Of a stretch of 64,000 nucleotides of DNA, positions 8,980 through 19,063 are shown one piece after another (position 1 is the first letter of the stretch; each line of letters opens with the position of its first letter). The notes under the pieces were generated by a model. It did no database searches and had not been told where the DNA came from. It was given only the letters and a program-made list of their open reading frames with translations. The DNA comes from Verrucomicrobiales bacterium (GTDB lineage: Bacteria; Verrucomicrobiota; Verrucomicrobiia; Verrucomicrobiales; V1-33), in NCBI GenBank assembly GCA_031411295.1, contig JANOAV010000140.1, forward strand, positions 65,727 to 129,726, in the 5' to 3' direction. Both the position numbers and the translations under genes were made by a program.

Positions 8980-10293
8980 TTACTTGGTTCCGGCTAGTTT
9001 GTAGAGCGCCGAATCCGTCCGGAGGAACCATGCTCCCTCGGCAGCCGCCAGCGAGGCGAAAATTCTTCCTGGCAGGGCGTTGCGCGACACGATGGTAAAG
9101 GTTTTACCGGCTTTGACCACCACGGTAGTTCCATCCCGCAAGGACACAAAAATGTGCCCATCCGCCACGGTGGGGGAAGAACTGCATTCCGCTCCCAGGC
9201 GTTCCCGATAATGTTCCTCGCCCGTGACGGCATCCAGGCAAGTTAGGATGCCGCCGTCACTCACGAAGTAAATTTCATTTCCCGCCAGCAACGGAGACGG
9301 CATCGTGGGCACGCCGCGGGTGCAGCGCCAGACGACCTCGGGTTGCTTCAGCCCTTCATAGCGAATGGCCAGCAACTGAGCCTTCATGAATCCTGTGCTC
9401 AGATAAATCATTCCGTTCCCAATCACGGGACGCGGGGTAAGGGAGAAGCCGAGATCGCCATATTCCAGCTTCCAGAGTTCCTTGCCGTCGGCATCGTAGC
9501 TGTAGAGCCAGTCGCTGCCGGGCGAGAGCAGTTGTTCCTGACCATTCACGGAGACCACGATGGGGGTGCCGTAGGATTTCTTGAACTGCGGGTTGTCATG
9601 CATTTTCCCCGAGCGAGGCGTCTTCCAGAGCACCTTGCCAGTCTTGGCCTCCAGGGCGGCCACGAATTGTTGATCGCTGCCATCCATGTGGAAAATCAGG
9701 CGGCCCTGCCACAGCACTGGAGAGCTGCCCGGACCATTTTCATGCATCACCACCAACTCGGTATTCGTCCATAAAATTTTGCCAGTGGCGGTGTCCACGC
9801 AGGCCGTGCCTAACGCTCCGAAATGGCAATACAGCCGCCCGTCCTGCACCACCGGAGAAGGTGAGGCATAGCTGTTGAGCGCGTGAACCCATTGCGGTTG
9901 CTTGAGCGAGAGGAGCAGCACATTGTGTTTCACTTGACCCGATTGGCGATCCACCGCCACTGCGCGCAATTCCACCTTTTCCAAGATGGTGAGCTTCTGA
10001 TCACTGGTGTTCGTTTTTAAACGTTCCGCTTCCACTTCCTTGCTGGCAGCGGTTTCGATGGCCGTCGTCATCCAAATCAAATTTCCTTCAATCACAGGCG
10101 ACGACCAGCCCTTGCCGGGGATTGCCGCTTTCCAGGCCACATTCTTGGTCTCATTCCACTCCGAGACTAAACCCGTTTCCAGCACGATGCCCAGGCCACC
10201 CTTTCCCCTCCATTCCGGCCACTCCGCTGAGATGGCAGGGGAAACGATACTGCCTATAGTTAGGCAGAGGAGGAAGCAGCAGGATGATTTCAT
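8980..10293 (-). CDS. PQQ-binding-like beta-propeller repeat protein (BamB-like, PVC type)
   Basis: Signal peptide, EWPEWRG, GWSSPV, NSYASPSPV and repeated TG..LW motifs. Confidence 0.9.
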   Translation of the reverse strand: MKSSCCFLLCLTIGSIVSPAISAEWPEWRGKGGLGIVLETGLVSEWNETKNVAWKAAIPGKGWSSPVIEGNLIWMTTAIETAASKEVEAERLKTNTSDQKLTILEKVELRAVAVDRQSGQVKHNVLLLSLKQPQWVHALNSYASPSPVVQDGRLYCHFGALGTACVDTATGKILWTNTELVVMHENGPGSSPVLWQGRLIFHMDGSDQQFVAALEAKTGKVLWKTPRSGKMHDNPQFKKSYGTPIVVSVNGQEQLLSPGSDWLYSYDADGKELWKLEYGDLGFSLTPRPVIGNGMIYLSTGFMKAQLLAIRYEGLKQPEVVWRCTRGVPTMPSPLLAGNEIYFVSDGGILTCLDAVTGEEHYRERLGAECSSSPTVADGHIFVSLRDGTTVVVKAGKTFTIVSRNALPGRIFASLAAAEGAWFLRTDSALYKLAGTK

Positions 10294-10625
10294 GGGAGAA
10301 GATAGTGGTGAAGATGTATTAGTGGCAACTCAGTAGCGAAGCGGGAGGCATCACGCAAGTTTGGCGTATCACACGAACGCGAGATCTGGAATGGTCATGC
10401 ACAGTAAGCCCGCCGCCGCACTAGCCCAGTATGCGGCATCTCAGGCTAGTTGGAGTTTGGTAAAAGATTTTTGGTGAAAGATTGGGTTGGGATGGGCTTC
10501 ATCTTTTACCAATCAGGATCGTGCGGGAAATGTGGCGGGCGCTTGTAACCAGCCAGTTTCACGATGACATCTCCTGGCAGGACGCCGGGCACGGTGGCCG
10601 CTCAGCCCGTGCACCCCGCATCCGC

Positions 10626-10663
10626 TGGCGTCCCGGCTTTAGCCGCTTAAAAGCGGGACACCA
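10626..10663. terminator. Hairpin (REP-like or terminator) downstream of the PEP-CTERM gene
   Basis: tggcgtcccg...cgggacacca inverted repeat just after the stop at 10674. Confidence 0.45.
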
Positions 10664-10673
10664 ACTCATGTTC

Positions 10674-11915
10674 CTAGTGTTTCCGCCGACGCAGAAACAA
10701 GCCTAATCCAGCCAAGGCCAGACCTGCACTAGCAGGTTCTGGCACCGCCGTGCCGAAGACGTCGATTTCGCGATAACCAGCATATCCAAAGGTCACGTCG
10801 CCAAAATCAAATCGCACTGCAGCCACTCCGGTGGCGAGTTCGCCATCCGCATCACGCAGCATGCTGCGGGTGCTGATATCGCCTCCGGGAGCATTATTGG
10901 CGTTGGCATCCAAGTCCACCAAGGACAGGGTGATGAACGTGTTGGGATCACTGACCAGCGAGTAGGAGGCAGTGTATTTCTGGCCACCACGGAACCCGTC
11001 CCAGCCGGCATACACATCAATACCGGAAAGACTGTAGCCACCAGGACTGGCGGTTAGGTCAAGCGCGTAGGTGACGGATTCACCAGCATTTCCCATGGCG
11101 GATGAGCTGATCCCGTTGGCACCACCACCGCCGGGCCCGAAGGAGCCGTTAGTTAGCGCGGACAGGCCAACTGCCGTTTCGTCGTTGAAATTACCGGAAG
11201 AGGTCGTGACGATGCCGCCCGTCTGCAATAAGTCCGAACTGGAAGGGGTAAACGTCTGACCGAGTTGAATGGAGCTGAGCACCTTCACGCCCACGGGAGC
11301 CGCCGAGGCTGCGCCAGTGGCGTCGATTTCCCGATAGCCATTCCAGCCCCAGAAGTTGGTGTTGCCATAGTTGAAGCGCACCTGGGTCACATTTGTGGCC
11401 AGCGTTCCCGTGCTATCCGTCAGTGTCACTTGCGTATTGGTGTTCCCGGGCAACTGACCTGGATCATGATTCACCGTGGCCACTCGCTGCCAGACCCCAG
11501 GAGCGAGGATCGATTGGTATTCAAATTGAAATGCCTGACTGGCCCGCGCGCCATCCCACGCGGCAGTCGAGACCACGGTGTTCAAAGTAACGCCAGACGC
11601 CTGTGGGAAAGAAATTGTCAGCACCTCTCCGCTCCCCGCACTGAAGGCACCCAACCCTGGATTCGCGTTCGCCCCACCCTGAGGTCCGTAGATCCCATCA
11701 ATCACGGCCCCCAACCCTTGGATGCCCTCTTGATTAAAAGTGCCCGTGCCGCCGATGGTGGCTCCAGCGGTCTGGAGGAAATCACTGCTGGAAATGGTGT
11801 AGGGTGCGTTGCTCTGCGTCACGTTCGTCTGCGTAGGAACACCGAACACCGTTCCAACAGAAACAGCGAAAAAAACAGGGAGAGCGGAAGAGGTGATGCG
11901 GGACTGGGAGTTCAT
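10674..11915 (-). CDS. PEP-CTERM surface protein with two tandem beta-sandwich-like repeats
   Basis: C-terminal VPEPASAGLALAGLGLFLRRRKH. Two internal repeats (SSSD.LQT...WDG.R...LAT.V..VRF...GYREID). Start at ATG 11915. Confidence 0.9.
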   Translation of the reverse strand: MNSQSRITSSALPVFFAVSVGTVFGVPTQTNVTQSNAPYTISSSDFLQTAGATIGGTGTFNQEGIQGLGAVIDGIYGPQGGANANPGLGAFSAGSGEVLTISFPQASGVTLNTVVSTAAWDGARASQAFQFEYQSILAPGVWQRVATVNHDPGQLPGNTNTQVTLTDSTGTLATNVTQVRFNYGNTNFWGWNGYREIDATGAASAAPVGVKVLSSIQLGQTFTPSSSDLLQTGGIVTTSSGNFNDETAVGLSALTNGSFGPGGGGANGISSSAMGNAGESVTYALDLTASPGGYSLSGIDVYAGWDGFRGGQKYTASYSLVSDPNTFITLSLVDLDANANNAPGGDISTRSMLRDADGELATGVAAVRFDFGDVTFGYAGYREIDVFGTAVPEPASAGLALAGLGLFLRRRKH

Positions 11916-12087
11916 ACCAACATCTTTCCGGTAAATAGCAGTTTTGGCAATCCGAAAATTCAAAAAGACACTACCACTGGAACAGGGCCTCTTCCTCGAT
12001 TCAGCAACGCCCCATACTGCCGCAACATCCCGCATTGACCGACGACGAAATGCTGGACGTGGGCAAATTAACTGCCTAGGTTTAGCC

Positions 12088-12477
12088 ATGACTAATCGTA
12101 AATTCATTACCGCCTGCGTCTTGGCGTTGTGCTCGTTTGTTGCTGCTTCCGTCCTCGTGGCGAAGGACGCAGAGATGACCGAACCGGTCAAAATTGAAGC
12201 GCTGATTTCCTATGTGGAAAATCTGCAAGACGTGACCTTCATTCGAAATGGCAGTGATTATGACGCCAAATCGGCCGCTAAATTTCTCCGGGCCAAGGTG
12301 AAGGCGCATTCCGATGACGCCAAGACGGCCACCGATTTCATTGCCAAACTGGCCACGGGATCTTCCACGACAGGCAAACCGTATGTGCTGCGTTATAAGG
12401 ATGGCTCGGAGAAACCTTGCGCCGAAGTGCTCACGGCTCAATTGAAGACCCTAACGCCAACTCCGAAGGAAAAGTGA
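12088..12477 (+). CDS. DUF5329-like exported protein
   Basis: Signal peptide; IEALISYVE..FIRNGSDY...DFIAKLATGSSTTGKPY pattern. Confidence 0.75.
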   Translation: MTNRKFITACVLALCSFVAASVLVAKDAEMTEPVKIEALISYVENLQDVTFIRNGSDYDAKSAAKFLRAKVKAHSDDAKTATDFIAKLATGSSTTGKPYVLRYKDGSEKPCAEVLTAQLKTLTPTPKEK

Positions 12478-12479
12478 GC

Positions 12480-15400
12480 ATGAGGGCACTCCTGATCTGC
12501 CTCCTCCTCCTCGGGGTCGGGCCGACGCTGGCGCAGTCGATTACTTGGAAGCCGGTTGATAAGCCATGGAATCGCGATTGGGGGAGCCATCGGGTGATCG
12601 TGAAAGTCTCTGACGCGGCAGAGGTGGTGCACGTGCATTTACCCTGGCGGCGGCGGGATGTGAATCCGGCGGCCAAAGCGGTGTGGGTCTATGATTTAAA
12701 ATCGAATCAGCCGATCGCCAATGTCATCGCGCAAAATATCACCAACGAGGCGGGTGACGTTTACTTCCAGCCAACCCAGGGCGCAGGCGAATATGCGATC
12801 AATTTCCTGCTAGTGAAAATCGGTGGTGGAGCGTTTCCAGTGGGGAAATATCAGGCGCCTGAAGACAAGACTGAGGCTGGCTGGAAGGCGAAGGCTTTGG
12901 CCACGACTGTGAAGGCCGAGCCAGTGAGGTGGGAGGCGATTTCGGCTTATGATGGATGGAATGAAATGGAGGTGATTGCGACGGCGGAGGAGGAAGCTGG
13001 GCTGGCGAACACAGTTGGGGCGCAATCGTTTTACAGCAGGATCGAAACACGCGAGCATCCGGTGCGGATGTTTGATCGACTGCCGGAGCGCTGGATGCGG
13101 GAGGCCGCGCAGCCATTGTTGCAGGCTCAACCGGGAGAGTATGTAGCCTTTCAAGCAGTCGTGTGGGTCCCTAAAACATTCGCAGAAGTGGACGTCGAGT
13201 CCGTAATGATGTCCGAGCTTAAATCAGCGGAAGGAAATATCATCAAGGTGCCGACCCGAGATATCACTTTTGAGCCACGCGGGCTAAATGCCGATCCTAC
13301 CGAACAAATCTTGCGGAGTCAGCTGATCAGCCCCGGCACCGTGCAGCCGTTGTGGGCTGGGATCACGGTGCCAGCGACTGCGAAACCGGGAACTTACGTC
13401 GGCAAGGTCACGCTCAAAACGATGGGTGGCGCTGCGGTCAGTAGGGAACTGCCGATCACGATCGTTGTTGCAGGCGAACTATGGAAAGAATCCCTCGACG
13501 TTGATGCCAAGAAGCTGAATCGGCTCCAGTGGCTGGATTCGCAGGAAGCGGTGGATCATGAACCAGTGAAAGGCTACGAGCCTATCAAGTTGGATGAAGC
13601 CAAGCGGGAGTTGAACATCTTGGGTCGCACGCTGGTGTTAGCACCGAATGGGTTGCCTGCGCAGATTACGAGTCATTTCAACAAGGCGGTCACGAAGGTG
13701 ACAGGTGAGAATAATCTAAATTTACTAACGGGACCGTTTGCATTTACCACTGGATTGACTGCGACTGGGGCCAGTCCTGAGAAACTGGAATTTCCAACGA
13801 AATCGCCCGGCATCGTGGAATGGCGGGCCACCAGCCGGGAGGGGAAGGTGACGACGCGACTGAACGGCTCCCTTTCGGCGGATGGAAATTTGAGATGTCG
13901 GCTGGAGCTAACATCTGAGGCAACAGTGGTCTTGCCTGAGGTGAAACTAACAATTCCACGGACCGCGGAGAGTTGCGAATATGTCATCGGCATGGGGCAG
14001 GAAGCAGGCTTTGGCAAACCCACTTGGGATTGGTCCTGGGATGTGCTGCATAAGCATCAGGATAGCGTGTGGCTGGGAGCCGTGAATGGCGGACTGCGGA
14101 TTCAGTTGTTCGATGACAATTATCATCGGCCGCCGGTCAATATTCACTACCCGAGGAATCCGTTAGTCTTGCCGTCCTGGGGCAATGACGGGAAAGGGAA
14201 AGTGACGTTTGCGAACAACACGCTGACCGTCGTTTTGGGAGAGCGAAAATTGGGGGCGCTGAAACAGAGCAAACAGGAACCGGGCGATTCCCTTGTCTGC
14301 TCCTTTAACTTATTGATCACCCCATTCCATCAGCTGCGCACCGAGGAACAATGGTCTGAGCGCTATTACCACACTAGTCATGTCGGATCGGACACTGCGA
14401 AATATTTGGATAGCGCGAAAGCGGCCGGGGCAAGCTTGATCAATATCCACCAGGGGAATTCGCTGAACCCTTATATCAATTATCCATTTCTCACGGCAGA
14501 CCGGCTCAAAGCCTTCACGGACCAAGCGCATCAGCGGGACATGCGGGTGAAATATTACTACACCGTGCGGGAGCTTTCCAACTGGGCTCCAGAACTCTTT
14601 GCCATCCGCAGCATGGGCGATTCCATCCTGCCGCATGGCAAGGGCGGTGGGCATCCGTGGCTTGAGGAACATCTGGGAGGCAACTACTGGGGCGCCTGGT
14701 ATGAGCCGGGGGTTCAGGATGTTAGTTTGCTGACGAAGCCTACTGGCAAATGGCTCAACTACTATGTGGAGGGCTTGAGGTGGCTGGTGGAACAAACGGG
14801 ATGCGATGGCTTGTATCTGGATGATATTTCCTATGATCGGGAAACGATGGAGCGCTGTCGCAAAGTATTGGATCGCTACAATCCACGCGGCGGTCGCATT
14901 GACCTGCATTCATGGAATGAGTTCCACGGCGGCGGGGCGTGGGCGCAGTGTGCGAACATCTTTATGGACTCGATGCCATTCGTAGATCGCCTGTGGTTTG
15001 GTGAAGGGCATCATTACACCGGGCCGCCGGCGGATCACTTCCTGGTAGAGATCAGTGGGGTGCCCTTTGGCCTGATGGGGGAAATGTTGGAGGGCGGCGG
15101 CAATCCGTGGCTGGGCTTGGTGAATGGCTGCACCGGGCGCTTGGGCTGGGGCGGAAATCCACGACCCGTGTGGAAACTGTGGGATGACTTTGATGTCAAA
15201 GGCAGCGAATTCATTGGCTGGTGGGCGAAGGACGAATGCCCGGTGCAGACGGACAATGACAACGTTAAAGCCACCATTTGGAAGCAGTCAGGTCGCACGT
15301 TAGTGGCACTGGGGAATTTCTCCGACAAACTCGTGGGCACCAAGTTGCAGATCAATTGGAAGCAACTGGGACTGGATCCAGCGAAGGTGAAATTTTATGC

Positions 15401-16121
15401 GCCTGCGATCACTGATTTGAGCCAGCGCGAGGCGATTTTCACGCTGGACCAAACACTTTCGGTCAAAGCCCACAAAGGCCTGGCGCTGATCATTGATGAA
15501 ACACCGCGGGAGCTTTCCGCGGCACCCGCAGTCAATGCTTTGGGCAAACTATTGCTGGAGGAAACCTTCACCCCAGCGCCTCAGGCCGCGTGGAAGATGG
15601 TTGCCTCGCCCAAAGCCACCGCGGGAGTGCACAACGATGCCGGTTGGGTGCTGCAAGTGCCCGCCAATGTGCATGCTTATTTGGAGCGATCCTTGGATGA
15701 GAAGGCCGGAGCGGTGGCGGTGCGACTCTATCAAGATGGCAAGGATGAAGCGCAACAATGGGGCCCGGGGATGGCGCTCATTTGGCCGAATGGCAAAACG
15801 CTGAAACTAAGCCTGCGGAAGGATGATCGGATTACCGTGGCCGCCAATGGCAATGAACAAATGCCTGCCAATATCACGACGCGCGCTCCGCTGGAATTGA
15901 CGATTAGTTGGAACGAGAAAACGATCAGCGTCCAAGCTGGCGGGCCGGCCATGGGCGATCTCGCAGAAGAAATTGCGACCTTCCCGCGCGCGCAGTTTCC
16001 CGGAGTCCCCAGCCTGGTGAGACTAGGGAAGATGCCGAACTCGGCGGAAGCCAAAGACCATGGCGATGCCGGACCAGTCGGGTTCAGCCGCATCGAATGG
16101 TTCCGCATCCATGAGCGCTAA
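12480..16121 (+). CDS. Large secreted putative glycoside hydrolase (DUF6067/GH123-like TIM barrel)
   Basis: Signal peptide; HLPWRRRD, NIHQGNSLNPYINYPF, YYTVRELSN, DGLYLDD, RLWFGE, SGVPFGLMGEML. Confidence 0.75.
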   Translation: MRALLICLLLLGVGPTLAQSITWKPVDKPWNRDWGSHRVIVKVSDAAEVVHVHLPWRRRDVNPAAKAVWVYDLKSNQPIANVIAQNITNEAGDVYFQPTQGAGEYAINFLLVKIGGGAFPVGKYQAPEDKTEAGWKAKALATTVKAEPVRWEAISAYDGWNEMEVIATAEEEAGLANTVGAQSFYSRIETREHPVRMFDRLPERWMREAAQPLLQAQPGEYVAFQAVVWVPKTFAEVDVESVMMSELKSAEGNIIKVPTRDITFEPRGLNADPTEQILRSQLISPGTVQPLWAGITVPATAKPGTYVGKVTLKTMGGAAVSRELPITIVVAGELWKESLDVDAKKLNRLQWLDSQEAVDHEPVKGYEPIKLDEAKRELNILGRTLVLAPNGLPAQITSHFNKAVTKVTGENNLNLLTGPFAFTTGLTATGASPEKLEFPTKSPGIVEWRATSREGKVTTRLNGSLSADGNLRCRLELTSEATVVLPEVKLTIPRTAESCEYVIGMGQEAGFGKPTWDWSWDVLHKHQDSVWLGAVNGGLRIQLFDDNYHRPPVNIHYPRNPLVLPSWGNDGKGKVTFANNTLTVVLGERKLGALKQSKQEPGDSLVCSFNLLITPFHQLRTEEQWSERYYHTSHVGSDTAKYLDSAKAAGASLINIHQGNSLNPYINYPFLTADRLKAFTDQAHQRDMRVKYYYTVRELSNWAPELFAIRSMGDSILPHGKGGGHPWLEEHLGGNYWGAWYEPGVQDVSLLTKPTGKWLNYYVEGLRWLVEQTGCDGLYLDDISYDRETMERCRKVLDRYNPRGGRIDLHSWNEFHGGGAWAQCANIFMDSMPFVDRLWFGEGHHYTGPPADHFLVEISGVPFGLMGEMLEGGGNPWLGLVNGCTGRLGWGGNPRPVWKLWDDFDVKGSEFIGWWAKDECPVQTDNDNVKATIWKQSGRTLVALGNFSDKLVGTKLQINWKQLGLDPAKVKFYAPAITDLSQREAIFTLDQTLSVKAHKGLALIIDETPRELSAAPAVNALGKLLLEETFTPAPQAAWKMVASPKATAGVHNDAGWVLQVPANVHAYLERSLDEKAGAVAVRLYQDGKDEAQQWGPGMALIWPNGKTLKLSLRKDDRITVAANGNEQMPANITTRAPLELTISWNEKTISVQAGGPAMGDLAEEIATFPRAQFPGVPSLVRLGKMPNSAEAKDHGDAGPVGFSRIEWFRIHER

Positions 16122-16365
16122 ACCGCTTACCGGCACCGCGCTGATCAAGGAGGTGAATCGCCTGATTCGCCTGGCGCGAGGCCATTGGGATGCGCATCAC
16201 AATGCCGCTTGTCGGCGGGAACGGGAGCGGGCGATGACCCTCTATGAAACACTGACTGACACCGAGAAAGAAAAGGTGCCCCAGGTGCTACGGGTGTGGT
16301 TGCGGTATCGCAGTGAGAAGTATTTCGGTGAGGGAAGAACGCCGCCTGGAGGGGGGCGGGGTTAG
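16111..16365 (+). CDS. Small conserved hypothetical protein
   Basis: 84-aa ORF overlapping the upstream stop; VPQVLRVWLRYRSEKYFG motif recalled from small cyanobacterial/PVC proteins. Confidence 0.65.
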   Translation: MSAKPLTGTALIKEVNRLIRLARGHWDAHHNAACRRERERAMTLYETLTDTEKEKVPQVLRVWLRYRSEKYFGEGRTPPGGGRG

Positions 16366-16385
16366 TATTATCTATCTATCAAGAT

Positions 16386-16871
16386 TCAGCCCTGTTGGTG
16401 GAACAAGAAAGGCTTCACGTTGACTCTCAATCGCTCTAACTCTGAGGCGTTGTGAGTCAACATTTCGTGCCCCCAAGTGAAGCTCGTGTCTTGGTTACAG
16501 TCCGTGGCCAGCATCTCGCCAATCGATTCAGGTCTGGTGCCTAAAGCAGCGAAAAGGCGCTCCGGCTCATCTGAGCAGCCGAAGCGATCCCGCAGGTCTG
16601 CCGGCATTTGACTGAGAATATCCTCACGTCTGGCTACCTGATTATCAAAATCGATCACCAACAAGACATGCCGGTTCGGGTAGGTGCGCATCATTCTGAC
16701 ATGATCTTCGAGGACTGCAGTCAGGGCCTTGCGCCATCCTTTGGCGACATTTTGGATCGGCATTTGTCTTGAGTTCACCGCCCGGTAATTTCTGAAACCC
16801 ACCAACATCTGGCGATTGGCATCATCTTCTGGTAACACCAAAAGGTGGGGGCGGTAATTGTTGGCACTCAT
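16386..16871 (-). CDS. Hypothetical TOPRIM-like partner of the ABC-ATPase
   Basis: LLVLPEDDAN and VLLVIDFD acidic motifs; ATGA overlap with the ATPase stop. Confidence 0.7.
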   Translation of the reverse strand: MSANNYRPHLLVLPEDDANRQMLVGFRNYRAVNSRQMPIQNVAKGWRKALTAVLEDHVRMMRTYPNRHVLLVIDFDNQVARREDILSQMPADLRDRFGCSDEPERLFAALGTRPESIGEMLATDCNQDTSFTWGHEMLTHNASELERLRVNVKPFLFHQQG

Positions 16872-17977
16872 GGTTCGAGTTCTCCACGTGTTAAAGCCCC
16901 TATTAAATCTCCGGAATAATTCAGGCTGGCCAGGGATCTGATCTGGGACGGCTCTAGGTGATTACGCCGATAGAGCACAAAGGTGTTGTCATCCGAAAAC
17001 TGTCGGATGGCTTCGGGGTTGTGGGACGTAGCTATGAACTGCCCCCCTGCTTGGAAAGCACGCCGGAGGTCAGTCGCGAAGTCGGCTACTTCGGAGATGG
17101 CGAGAAAATTGTCAGGCTCATCCCAAAAACAAAGCACTGGACCATAGGCATCATTGGCCGCCATGGTTAGGGCCCAGATCACCATGCACTTCTCTCCATC
17201 TGAAAGAAGCTCAAACGGCAACGACGGAACCGCTTTTTGTCCTGCAAACTGCACAATGAGGCTGCGTGAGTCTCGAGCGATCACAGGATTTTTGATGTCT
17301 TTTAGGTCAGGCATGAGCAGCTTTAAACTGGCATCGATACGAGAATATGCGGCGGGAGCGTGCGCGATCAGACCACTCCACCAGTCGCCCAGATTAGTGA
17401 CCTCGGTATTGGGATGCAAAGTCTCCTCCGTTGAGTCTCCTTTAATCCGGAGCGGATACGGACGTAGAATGATCATTCGCGCAAGCCACTGTGTGAAGAC
17501 GTGCACCGGATCAGAATCTGAAGTCGCCTGCATGATCGGTAGCCAAATCAAATGCCAATCCAAACCGATTCTAGCCGCCGGGGCACCACCAAGAGGTGGG
17601 AGAGTGACGTCCGCTACTCTTCGATCAAATTTGCTTTCCCCGCCAACAACCAGCGACTCTTCAGCTACCCGCAGTTCTCTAAACCCAGCGGGCAGGTCCA
17701 TGGCGAGTTTGTATTCATAGCGGACCCCTTCCAGATCTACCTCCAGCTCGATACGGACTGGAGCATCCAACTTTCCATGGCTGATGTCACGAGGTAATAA
17801 AAGTTCGCCCACTCTGTTAATCCCTCGCCCAATTTTCTGCAGAATCTCCAAGGCAAAACCAACGGTCGATTTGCCTGCCCCGTTCTTACCAATAAGCAAG
17901 GTCGAGGAAAGGCCGCTGATAGGCAATTCAAAGTTTTCTAGACTTCGGTAGTTGTGAACGTAAAATCGGTGGATCAT
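16868..17977 (-). CDS. ABC-type ATPase (AAA_21/AAA_15, AbiEii/OLD-like)
   Basis: HNYRS, Walker A GKNGAGKST, signature LSDGEK, Walker B FWDEPDNFL, H-loop TSHNP. Start at ATG 17977. Confidence 0.9.
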   Translation of the reverse strand: MIHRFYVHNYRSLENFELPISGLSSTLLIGKNGAGKSTVGFALEILQKIGRGINRVGELLLPRDISHGKLDAPVRIELEVDLEGVRYEYKLAMDLPAGFRELRVAEESLVVGGESKFDRRVADVTLPPLGGAPAARIGLDWHLIWLPIMQATSDSDPVHVFTQWLARMIILRPYPLRIKGDSTEETLHPNTEVTNLGDWWSGLIAHAPAAYSRIDASLKLLMPDLKDIKNPVIARDSRSLIVQFAGQKAVPSLPFELLSDGEKCMVIWALTMAANDAYGPVLCFWDEPDNFLAISEVADFATDLRRAFQAGGQFIATSHNPEAIRQFSDDNTFVLYRRNHLEPSQIRSLASLNYSGDLIGALTRGELEP

Positions 17978-18081
17978 GGCGCGTGGCGAGGAAACAGGTG
18001 TGCTGGGAATGTGGCTTGATGGGGCAATATTTGGTGACGTTGCGGGAATTAGCAAGAGTTCAAGGGGACTTGTTTCAACAA

Positions 18082-18960
18082 CTAGAACAGTTCCGCTTGG
18101 ACTAACGGGCCAGCAGGGAGGTGGGTTGGCTTGGTCTTTTCGGCCGTTTCTGTGAGTGGTGTCAGCGGAGGATTGTTCCTAACGGGGAAGCGTTCGGTGG
18201 GTTCTGCTTGCGTGGCGCAGTGGACGGAGGTTTGCGGGAAGCCTTGTTTCTCCAAGGCTTGGCGCATCATCTTGATGGCCAGGTCTGGTTTGTTGCAATC
18301 GGAGCTGAGGTGGCCTAGCACGACGCGTTCCAATTCCACGTGGGCGATTTGGGTGAGGAATTCGGCGGTCTGATGATTGGAGAGGTGACCGTGGTGGGAG
18401 CTGATGCGTTGCTTGGTGGAGAAGGGGCGCTTGGTGTCATCCTGGAGCAGGGTGCCGTCGTAGTTGGCTTCGACGAAGAGGGTGTGAAGGCCTTGGAGGC
18501 GCTGGGCGAGGTTGCGTGGGATATGACCCAGATCGCTGAGCAGGCCGAGGGATTGTCCGGCGGATCGGAAGACGAAGCCCATGGGGTCCACGGCATCGTG
18601 CGGGACATTGAAGCATTCAATTTCGATTTCTCCGATGTGAAATTTGGCTCCGTGCTGGATGATTTTCCAAGTGCGCTCGAGGTCGGATTTGAACGTCTCC
18701 CGGACGACCTGTCGGGTCAGCGCGTTGCAGTAGATGGGAACGGGGAATTTTTTCGTGAGCACATCCAAACCGCGGACGTGATCGCCATGTTCATGAGTTA
18801 GTAAAATGGCGGTGAGTTGGCTGGGATGGCTGGAGACAGCCTCGAGACGGCTCAGCAACTGACCTGCGCTCAAGCCTGCGTCCACCAGGACTGAGGTGGG
18901 GCCACAAGTAATGAGCGCGCTGTTGCCACCGCTGCCGCTGCCGAGAACCGTTAAATGCAT
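18082..18960 (-). CDS. MBL-fold metallo-hydrolase (YycJ/WalJ-like)
   Basis: LGSGSGGN, THEHGDH, VPHDAVDP, EANYD, GHLSN, LGHLS. Start at ATG 18960. Confidence 0.92.
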   Translation of the reverse strand: MHLTVLGSGSGGNSALITCGPTSVLVDAGLSAGQLLSRLEAVSSHPSQLTAILLTHEHGDHVRGLDVLTKKFPVPIYCNALTRQVVRETFKSDLERTWKIIQHGAKFHIGEIEIECFNVPHDAVDPMGFVFRSAGQSLGLLSDLGHIPRNLAQRLQGLHTLFVEANYDGTLLQDDTKRPFSTKQRISSHHGHLSNHQTAEFLTQIAHVELERVVLGHLSSDCNKPDLAIKMMRQALEKQGFPQTSVHCATQAEPTERFPVRNNPPLTPLTETAEKTKPTHLPAGPLVQAELF

Positions 18961-19063
18961 GAAGTTTGAAAGCTGAGTTAGCTGAGCGTAGAACAGACTG
19001 GAGGACTCGACAACTGGCACTGCGAACTTTTGCGCTGTCCAGCGGACTGCGGCCGCATTTCGG

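Noticed and set aside
16111..16365. Precorrin methylase label recalled for similar small proteins
   Set aside because: Too short and lacks methyltransferase motifs; left as hypothetical.
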